Below, piece by piece: positions 57,227 to 64,000 of a stretch of DNA of 64,000 nt. This DNA is from an uncultured archaeon (GTDB taxonomy: Archaea > Thermoproteota > Nitrososphaeria > Nitrososphaerales > Gagatemarchaeaceae), in the NCBI GenBank assembly GCA_963817525.1, contig CAWFOU010000007.1, forward strand, positions 672,001 through 736,000, written 5' to 3'. The notes below the pieces were generated by a model. It was not told the origin of the DNA and searched no databases. It worked only from the letters and a program-made list of their open reading frames with translations. Positions within the stretch are counted from its first letter, which is position 1; the number at the start of each line of letters is the position of its first letter. A program made the position numbers and the translations under genes.

Positions 57227-58194
57227 GGCTTGCCCCTGAAGTGGACCCAGCCGTCCTTCTTCACCGCCCTCCCGTCCGCGTAGGCCACTCCCTTCAGGGT
57301 CCCCGCGGAGACGGTGTCGCCGATGACCAGGAGCTCGCCTCCCGCCGAGCGGGCCTTGCGCTTCGCCTCTCGCAGGTGCCCCTTCTCTAAGGTGCCGACT
57401 ATCTCGTACTCCTCTCCCCCGTAGAGCGCCAGCTCGTCCGGCGAATACGAGTTGAGGGCCGCGAAATCCCGGAGGCCTTTGGAGTAGGGGATTTCCGTCA
57501 ACCTGATCCCGACTCCGCTCATCTCCGAGATCGTGTGCAGGGATATCGCAAGCCCGTCGCTCGAGTCCATCGAGGAGGAGAGGCAACCCGCGACGGCGAT
57601 CCCGACCTTCAGCCTGGGGCTGGGCCTGTACACGGATTCGAGGGCTTGCTTTCTGAAGCGCGCCCCTGCCTTGGCGCCCTCCATGAGGATCCTCAGGCCC
57701 GCCGTGGTCTGGCCGAAGCGGCCGCTCGTCACGACGTAGTGGCCCGGGCGGGCCCCACCCCTCCTTACTATCCTCTTCCCAAAGCCCACCATCGTGCAGT
57801 CTATGATCAGGTCCTCGGCCTCGCTCGTGTCCCCGCCGACCAGCCTCACTCCCCACTCTCGCGACGCTTCCAGCAGGCCAGAGGCCAGCTCGACCACCTT
57901 TGCCTTCGCCGTCCCCCTAGGGAGCCCCAGCGAGACCATGAACGCGGAAGGGGGGATGCCCTTGGCGGCGAAGTCGGAGACGCACATCGCCACGGCCTTC
58001 CTAGAGGCCATCTTCCACGACATCCCGGGCGGGACGTCGGTCCTCGCCACCAGCATGTCGCACTTCAGGACAACGCCCTCCCCCGCCCTCCCGGGTGGGA
58101 TCAGGGCCACGTCATCCCCTACCTGGACATAGCCCTCGGGGAGCCTCTCGAAACGCCTCGTAATCAGGTCGATGATGTCATACTCGTCGAGCAT
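57223..58194 (-). CDS. thiL: Thiamine-phosphate kinase
   Basis: GDDVA, VSDFAAKG, VGGDT, MDSSDGL, GGEEYE. Confidence 0.93.
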   Translation of the reverse strand: MLDEYDIIDLITRRFERLPEGYVQVGDDVALIPPGRAGEGVVLKCDMLVARTDVPPGMSWKMASRKAVAMCVSDFAAKGIPPSAFMVSLGLPRGTAKAKVVELASGLLEASREWGVRLVGGDTSEAEDLIIDCTMVGFGKRIVRRGGARPGHYVVTSGRFGQTTAGLRILMEGAKAGARFRKQALESVYRPSPRLKVGIAVAGCLSSSMDSSDGLAISLHTISEMSGVGIRLTEIPYSKGLRDFAALNSYSPDELALYGGEEYEIVGTLEKGHLREAKRKARSAGGELLVIGDTVSAGTLKGVAYADGRAVKKDGWVHFRGKP

Positions 58195-58197
58195 CGG

Positions 58198-59502
58198 TCA
58201 GGCACCGACACGCTTGACCTTCAGGGCGTATGAGTGCGCCAGCTGCTCCGCCTCCTTCATGCTGGGAGCTTCGGCGGAGACGCGCACGCCGTCCTCCGTG
58301 TTCGAGACGCGCATCAGGACCCACGACGAGCCCGACGTCTTGATCTTGAGGCCGTCGAGTGAGTCTGCCCCCGGGTTGTCCTTCTGAAGCTTCCTGACCG
58401 CCTCCAGGCCCTTCTTGCGGGGCATCGCCATCTTCTCCCGGGCGATGTGGTACGACCTGACCTGGTCGTAGACCTTCGTCCCCTTCCGCTTCAGCGCCCC
58501 CACGATGGCGGTCGCGGCCACCAGCGAGTCCCTGCAGTTATTGAACTCCGCGTCGATGACCCCGCCGCTGCTCCCCTCGCCGCCGAGCCGGACGCCCCGC
58601 TGTGCCATTAGCCCCACGACGTTCCCCTCGCCGACCTTTGCCCTGAAGACCTGCCCGCCCACCTCCTTCACGACGTCGTCCACGGCCTGGGTCGTATCGA
58701 CCGAGACCACGACGTCCTTGCGCTCCATGTTCTGGAGGGCCTCCTTGATGGCAAGCGTGAGCATGTAGTCGCCCGTGCGCGCCCTCCCGTCACTATCCAC
58801 GAGCGCCAGCCTGTCCCCGTCGCAGTCGAACGCGAAGCCCACGTCGGCGCCCTCCTTCTTGACGGCCTCGCAGAGCAGCTCCAACGGGTCGTTGGTGGGG
58901 TCGATCGTCCGCCAGAAGATGCCGCGGACGTCGCCGATCGTGGAGACTCGGCACCCGAGCCTGCGGAGGACCTCCGGAGCGTGCCCTATGGCCGCCCCAC
59001 CGTTGAGGTCGAGCACCACCCTGACGCCCTGGGCGGAGCCCTCTCCCGCCAACTCCACAAGGTCATCGTTGTATGAGAACCCCTCGGAGCTCCTCAGCCT
59101 CCCGGGAGGTGGCGCGCCCTCCTTCTTGGCCCCCTTCTTCAGGAGCTCGTCGAACTCCCCCTGGTTGATGCCCCGGCCGTTGATCACGAACTTCAGGCCG
59201 TTCCACTCTGGCTCGTTGTGCGACGCGGTCACTATCACCGCCGGCCTCTCCCTCAGCCTGCTCTCCCGGAAGATTGCCGGCGTGGATATCACGCCGTAGT
59301 CGACCACGTCGGCGCCCGTCCCGAGCATCGCGCTCGTGACGACGCGCGAGGCTATTGGGCCCGTCGTGCGGGTGTCCCTGGCGAGGAGGACCTCGCCCGC
59401 CTTCACGAGGTGGACGAACTTCCTGGCGTACTCAGCCATGTCGTCGGGGAGCAGGTCGGAGTTGAAGACCCCCCGGATGCCGCTGGTAGATGTGACCGTC
59501 AA
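58198..59502 (-). CDS. Phosphomannomutase/phosphoglucomutase
   Basis: STSGIRG, TASHN, FDCDGDR, KVGEGNV, GGEGSSGG, RVSNTE; TTG start inferred. Confidence 0.9.
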   Translation of the reverse strand: MTVTSTSGIRGVFNSDLLPDDMAEYARKFVHLVKAGEVLLARDTRTTGPIASRVVTSAMLGTGADVVDYGVISTPAIFRESRLRERPAVIVTASHNEPEWNGLKFVINGRGINQGEFDELLKKGAKKEGAPPPGRLRSSEGFSYNDDLVELAGEGSAQGVRVVLDLNGGAAIGHAPEVLRRLGCRVSTIGDVRGIFWRTIDPTNDPLELLCEAVKKEGADVGFAFDCDGDRLALVDSDGRARTGDYMLTLAIKEALQNMERKDVVVSVDTTQAVDDVVKEVGGQVFRAKVGEGNVVGLMAQRGVRLGGEGSSGGVIDAEFNNCRDSLVAATAIVGALKRKGTKVYDQVRSYHIAREKMAMPRKKGLEAVRKLQKDNPGADSLDGLKIKTSGSSWVLMRVSNTEDGVRVSAEAPSMKEAEQLAHSYALKVKRVGA

Positions 59503-59752
59503 GGAATCTCGAGAACCTCTCTCAGCGCGACGACTGGAACTCCTTGAGGTCGCCCACTCATCAAAGGTGACCTCGGCGTCTATGCTTAAAGCGCTTTTCA
59601 CGGTCGATGGGGAAACTCCAAACTGCCAAGCACCCGAGCGTTTCTCCAAGGTTGTTGAGGGCATACCGTATTACACGAATCTGCTTCAGGGTAAGGGTTT
59701 TCGGGAAGTAATGGGAACCGAGTCCATTGTGTAACTTCTGCGTCAACAGAAG

Positions 59753-60295
59753 TTGAGTTCCGCTCTTTTGACAGGTTTGCCCTTCCAATGGATAGTATTG
59801 CCTCCTAAGATATTCAAGGCGAAAAGAAGCGTCAGCCTGGGGGAGTACAAGTTCACCGAGATATTCATTGGCGCCGAGAATTCGCCAACACTGCTTCGAC
59901 TCTTCGGTTCCCAGAGGAGCATGTCCAAGATAGTCAGACACCTCAAGGTCAGCATAGTCGACTCCGACTGGGGGATATGGCTCGACCACAACACGGGAGC
60001 GGTGTGCGTGGGCGCGAAGTACCTCTCCACCGCGAAGATAAACTGCCTCTACCTCGATGTGATACACGTCCTCGTCCACGTCAAGCAGTTCCTCGACGGG
60101 AAGGACCTCTTCGACCAGACCTTCGAGTACGTCGACCGCCCCACCGAGATAGAGGCCTATCGATACACCGTGGACGAGGCCAAGCGGCTCCAGATGAGCG
60201 AGGATGAGATCCTCCGCTACCTGAGGGTGGACGCCGTGGACGACTCAGAGCTAGGACGCCTCATCGAGAAGATAGGCGTAAGGCCCCGCCGCTAG
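59753..60295 (+). CDS. Zincin-like hypothetical protein (HVxxH variant)
   Basis: DVIHVLVHVKQ...YVDRPTEIEAY. Confidence 0.65.
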   Translation: MSSALLTGLPFQWIVLPPKIFKAKRSVSLGEYKFTEIFIGAENSPTLLRLFGSQRSMSKIVRHLKVSIVDSDWGIWLDHNTGAVCVGAKYLSTAKINCLYLDVIHVLVHVKQFLDGKDLFDQTFEYVDRPTEIEAYRYTVDEAKRLQMSEDEILRYLRVDAVDDSELGRLIEKIGVRPRR

Positions 60296-60349
60296 ACCGC
60301 TGAACCTCTCGAAGCCTTAAGAAAGGCTCCGCGGAACAACGACCCTCCC

Positions 60350-61666
60350 ATGAGATACGTCGAGGGGGCGAGGAAGGTGTTCATGGACACCGGGACCCGC
60401 TTCCCCCGAAGGATCATCTGGGCGGTCGCCCTGATAAAGCGGGAGGCGGCAAAAGCGAACTCCTCCCTAGGGCTACTCGACCTGAAGGTTGCCTCGGCGA
60501 TAGCGGAGGCCGCGGACGAGGCGATGGAAGGCAAGCACGACTCCAGGGTCACGGTAGATGTCTTCCAGACCGGGTCCGGCACCGGGCTCAACATGAACCT
60601 CAACGAGCTGATTGCGGAGAGGGCGACCGAGCTGCTGGGGAAGCGCGTCCACGCCAACGACCATGTCAACATGGGTCAGTCGTCGAACGACGTGGGGCCT
60701 TCGGCCATCAGGATCGCCGCCGTAGCCTCGTGCCAGAAGGAGCTCATCCCGGCCATGGAGAAGGCGTCGAGGAGCCTGACGGCGCTCGCGAGGCGCACGT
60801 CGAAGGTCCACAAGGCGGGAAGGACCCACCTGAGGGACGCGCTCCCTGTCACCATGGGGCAAGAGTTCGCGGCCTACGCGGACGCCCTCGACCACGATCT
60901 TCGGCTCCTCCTCACCGTCATGGCCTACGCGAAGGAGCTGCCCATCGGCGGGACCGCGGTCGGGACCGGGGTCAACGCCGACCCCAGGCTCGGGGCGACG
61001 GTCGTTCGCGGGATCAACGCCTCTACTCGGCTGGGCTTCTCCGAGGCCAAGAGCAGGTTCAGGGCGATGAGGCTGCTCTCAGACCTCGTCGCCCTCAGCG
61101 CGATTCTCAACGTGACCGCCCTCGACCTCTACCGCCTTTGCCAAGACATCAGGCTCATGTTCTCGGGGCCTCTCACTGGCCTCGGCGAGATAGACATCCC
61201 CACCCAAGAAGAGGTCGCCGGGAGCAGCATAATGCCGGGCAAGACGAACCCAGTTACCGTTGAAGCGGCAATGCTCGTCGCCGCCCAGGTCATGGGCCTC
61301 GACCGCGCGAACCAGGTCGCCGGGATGCTGGGCGAGTTCGAGCTCAGCATGGGCGTCCCACTAGTGGGCTACAACGTGAGCGAGCAGGTCGCACTCCTCT
61401 CAGAGGCGCTAGGGAAGGTGTCCTCCGTGGTGCTCGGGCATATAGTGCCCAATGTGAAGAGGAACAGGGCCTACGCGGAGAGCAGCCCCGCCCTTATCAC
61501 GGCGATAACCCCTGAGATAGGCTACGACAAGGCCGCCAAGGTGGGCAAGAAGCTCGTGCGGGGCCTCTCGATAAGGGACGGGTTGAAGCAGCTCGGGTAC
61601 AGCGACAGCGAGGTCGAAAAAATCCTCGACCTCCAGAGACTCGTCAACCCAGGGACCAGAAAGTAG
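60350..61666 (+). CDS. fumC: Class II fumarate hydratase / aspartase family lyase
   Basis: [36 protein letters not shown]. Confidence 0.88.
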   Translation: MRYVEGARKVFMDTGTRFPRRIIWAVALIKREAAKANSSLGLLDLKVASAIAEAADEAMEGKHDSRVTVDVFQTGSGTGLNMNLNELIAERATELLGKRVHANDHVNMGQSSNDVGPSAIRIAAVASCQKELIPAMEKASRSLTALARRTSKVHKAGRTHLRDALPVTMGQEFAAYADALDHDLRLLLTVMAYAKELPIGGTAVGTGVNADPRLGATVVRGINASTRLGFSEAKSRFRAMRLLSDLVALSAILNVTALDLYRLCQDIRLMFSGPLTGLGEIDIPTQEEVAGSSIMPGKTNPVTVEAAMLVAAQVMGLDRANQVAGMLGEFELSMGVPLVGYNVSEQVALLSEALGKVSSVVLGHIVPNVKRNRAYAESSPALITAITPEIGYDKAAKVGKKLVRGLSIRDGLKQLGYSDSEVEKILDLQRLVNPGTRK

Positions 61667-62611
61667 GTGGCGCGCGGATTGAGCGCCACAGCCACCCTCG
61701 CCTCGGTGACCAGCGAGCTCAAGCACCAGCCTTCACTGCTCTGCTCCTTTCGCGGGTCTGCACTCTGGTCCCGGTTGGAGGACGGCGGCGACCTCGTCTT
61801 CGTCGGGGCGGGAGACTCTTACGCCGCATCGCTCTGCGCCTCCTTCCTGGCGGGCCCGCGAGTGGTCGCCTACGACCCTTACTCCCTCGCAGAGTCGATT
61901 AGCTGGGCGCGCGGGAAGCGCGTGTACATCATCTCCATCTCCGGCGAGACAAGATCCAACGTCGAGCTCGCCCACTCCCTGAAGGGGGTCGCGGAGACCA
62001 CGGTGGCCGTCACCTGCAACGCGACGAGCAGGCTGGCCGCTGCGGCCGACGGCGCCGTCGAGCTCCCATTCAAGCCCCACAGGTCGCCTGGCATAACCTC
62101 GTTCACGCTCTCGCTTGCGGCCGCGCTCAGGATCTGCGGGCTCGACTCGGATTTTGAGTTCGAAGAGACGATGTCGCGCGCCGCCCCTCTGTCCAAGAGA
62201 ATCCTGATCGCGGGAGGGCCCGACGTGACCCACCTCACGGGCAACAATGAAGCGTACGCCGCCTCGCTCTACGGGGCGGCCAAGATCTACGAGCTTCTGG
62301 GCGGACGAGCTCAGGCCTCGCTGCTCGAGGAGTTCAGCCACATGCCCCTCTTCTCGCTCTCCACCGCGGACACGGTCAACGTGATTGGCTCGGGCGGACT
62401 AAAGGAGGAGCAGCTTCAGGAGAGTCTGAGGAAAGGTGGCTACGACTCGTCCTTCATCCGGCTCGAGGGAGGCAAGGTCGAAAGGCTCTTTCTCTTGGTA
62501 TTCGCCCTGCAAATGGCCGTGATAGGCGCGGCAAAGAAGGCGGGCCTGAGAGCCCCCTACTTCCTGGGCGCCAAGAAGAAGCTGAGTATCAGCGACGAGA
62601 TGATCTACTAG
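61667..62611 (+). CDS. SIS-domain sugar-phosphate isomerase-like protein
   Basis: FVGAGDSYAA, ISISGET, AVTCN..SRLA, EEFSH. Confidence 0.85.
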   Translation: MARGLSATATLASVTSELKHQPSLLCSFRGSALWSRLEDGGDLVFVGAGDSYAASLCASFLAGPRVVAYDPYSLAESISWARGKRVYIISISGETRSNVELAHSLKGVAETTVAVTCNATSRLAAAADGAVELPFKPHRSPGITSFTLSLAAALRICGLDSDFEFEETMSRAAPLSKRILIAGGPDVTHLTGNNEAYAASLYGAAKIYELLGGRAQASLLEEFSHMPLFSLSTADTVNVIGSGGLKEEQLQESLRKGGYDSSFIRLEGGKVERLFLLVFALQMAVIGAAKKAGLRAPYFLGAKKKLSISDEMIY

Positions 62612-62964
62612 TGGCTGGCGCCGCTTCCGCAGCCACAGCCCTGTCCCTGGACGTTGGGGTTCTCAATCTTGAAGCCCTGCCTCTGCATCGTGTCGACGAA
62701 GTCAATCTTCGAGCCCCTGAGGATGTCGGCGTTGTTCTTGTCAGTGACGATCTTGAAATCGTCCACCTCTTCGACGATGTCGTTACCCCTCGGCTTCTCG
62801 GCGAGCTGCATCCCGTAGCTGTATCCGCCGCTGCAAGCACATCCGCCTGAGGCATAGACGTCGATCCTGAGGTAAGAGCCGCCCTGGGTCTGCTCCTTCA
62901 ACGCCTCGGAGAGCTTTTCCTTGGCGAGCGGCGTGAACTTGACTATCGGCATCATCTTCTGCAT
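62608..62964 (-). CDS. HesB/IscA Fe-S cluster assembly protein
   Basis: GGCACSG..Y, L.GSKIDF, GFKIENPN..GCGCG. Confidence 0.93.
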   Translation of the reverse strand: MQKMMPIVKFTPLAKEKLSEALKEQTQGGSYLRIDVYASGGCACSGGYSYGMQLAEKPRGNDIVEEVDDFKIVTDKNNADILRGSKIDFVDTMQRQGFKIENPNVQGQGCGCGSGASH

Positions 62965-63010
62965 GTTGGTTTTTGCGGTCCGGGGGTCATATTTAGGCTA
63001 TTCGGATTTC

Positions 63011-63022
63011 GGCTCTGTTCAA
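63011..63022. repeat. Probable IS6-family terminal inverted repeat GGCTCTGTTCAA
   Basis: Resembles IS6-family GGC(A/T)CTGTTGCAAA ends; lies downstream of the transposase and of a small ORF. Confidence 0.55.
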
Positions 63023-63235
63023 TCAACGGCTCGCGTCCTCCGTGTTAAGTCTCGGCTCGTGTGTCGATATGGCCGACCCCAGCGCCAGTAGAAAAACCAC
63101 CTCAACGAAGACTCCTATGACAACCAGCGCGTTCAGTGAGGATTTGCTTGTCAATATCCCAGTGACCATTAGTGCGGCTCCCAAGGCGCAGCCTCCTGCG
63201 GCCACTTTCAGACTTGGGCCGTAAGTTCTACTCAA
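63023..63235 (-). CDS. Small two-TM protein, putative IS passenger
   Basis: Two hydrophobic helices; TTG start overlaps transposase stop; stop abuts IR. Confidence 0.55.
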   Translation of the reverse strand: MSRTYGPSLKVAAGGCALGAALMVTGILTSKSSLNALVVIGVFVEVVFLLALGSAISTHEPRLNTEDASR

Positions 63236-64000
63236 GTGTCTTCGCTCTTTCTGCGTTCTGGATTATCGTAAGCCACTTGTTGTCGCCCTCGACAGTTATC
63301 CCTGCGGCCTCCGCCGGAGTCTTGCCCTCAAGGCCCATGTGCGGCCTGACGAAGTTGTGATGAATCTGCATCCCCTTGAGGATGGGCGAGTCCTCGGTCT
63401 TGAGGCTCCGAAATACCTTCTCGCGGTCGCGTAGCTCGCCGTTGAACCTCTCCATCTTGTTGTTGTGGTATCGCCCATTGAACGCGATTTCCCTGATGTG
63501 TTGCGTGGTCTTATCGTCGTATCTTGTCCTGTATTCCTTGCGGTTCGCTACTGCAAAGTTCTCTGCGCCGTCAGTGGTCAAGACCTTCGGTTGCTTGCCA
63601 GCTATCTCCTTGGCCTCCCTCCACATCGGCCTAACGTCCTCGTGCCACTTCTTGTCTCCGACCTGCATGGCTATCCAGTATCGGCTCTCGTCGTCAATCA
63701 TCGCGTAGAGCCACTTGGGGTTGCCCTTCACTTTCAGATACATCTCGTCGGCTCTCCATTTGTCGCCGACCTTGGGAGTAATCTTGTCCAGATAGCCCTC
63801 CATGAGCTTGACATACTTGCCAATCCAGTTGTAGATTGTAACGTGCGAGACGTTCACGCCTTGGAGTGCGAGAAACTTCTGGACATTCCTTAGACTCTCT
63901 CCGGTGAAGTAGAGTTGCATCGCCGAAGTGATTGCTTGCGGTGAAGCGGCCATCCTTTCAAATCCGAGGTTCTTGACGAACCACTTGCCGCATTGGTTGC
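63228..64000 (-). CDS. IS6-family (IS240-like) DDE transposase, 5' truncated by window edge
   Basis: VSHVTIYNWI, WRADEMYLKV, LTTDGA, NNKMERFNG.LRDR, HHNFVRPH; frame stays open through CGKWFVKNLGF to 64000. Confidence 0.9.
   Translation of the reverse strand, partial: NQCGKWFVKNLGFERMAASPQAITSAMQLYFTGESLRNVQKFLALQGVNVSHVTIYNWIGKYVKLMEGYLDKITPKVGDKWRADEMYLKVKGNPKWLYAMIDDESRYWIAMQVGDKKWHEDVRPMWREAKEIAGKQPKVLTTDGAENFAVANRKEYRTRYDDKTTQHIREIAFNGRYHNNKMERFNGELRDREKVFRSLKTEDSPILKGMQIHHNFVRPHMGLEGKTPAEAAGITVEGDNKWLTIIQNAERAKTLE

Noticed and set aside
3012-62341. Many long antisense or alternate-frame ORFs in the track
   Set aside because: Shadows of GC-rich genuine genes with no family motifs
1-64000. 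CRISPR array, cas genes or rRNA
   Set aside because: No regularly spaced repeat-spacer array, cas motif or rRNA-like sequence seen

Overview
GC-rich archaeal chromosome segment. The gene set (Rpo4, L21e, SRP54, aIF5A, Nob1, TFB, a thaumarchaeal-type CdvB paralogue, intron-containing tRNAs, many TTG starts) fits a non-ammonia-oxidising Nitrososphaerota (Thaumarchaeota) lineage; this assignment is inferred. Housekeeping genes are interrupted by five mobile regions. (1) A plasmid/satellite-like element at <1-5.8 kb with a tyrosine integrase, a D5/P4-type SF3 helicase carrying internal iteron-like repeats, and an unannotated RHH regulator. (2) A nested island at 16.9-30.6 kb. The outer element is bounded by a perfect 16-bp direct repeat that lies in one arm of an unannotated ~70-nt structured non-tRNA RNA. 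The inner element is bounded by a 12-bp core repeat and carries an integrase, a J-domain membrane protein, a HerA/VirB4-like ATPase fused to a PD-(D/E)xK nuclease, a 200-bp fold-back non-coding element, and two copies of a ~52-bp G-rich motif, each heading a cassette with a secreted glutamic-peptidase-like gene. (3) A solo tnpB abutting proC. (4) An integrase-less islet at tRNA-Arg. (5) An IS6-family transposase with an apparent passenger gene at the window end. The inner element's ATPase-nuclease, fold-back DNA and repeated cassette-head motif together are the best candidate for an undescribed system. All calls come from reading the sequence by eye; no database searches were run.
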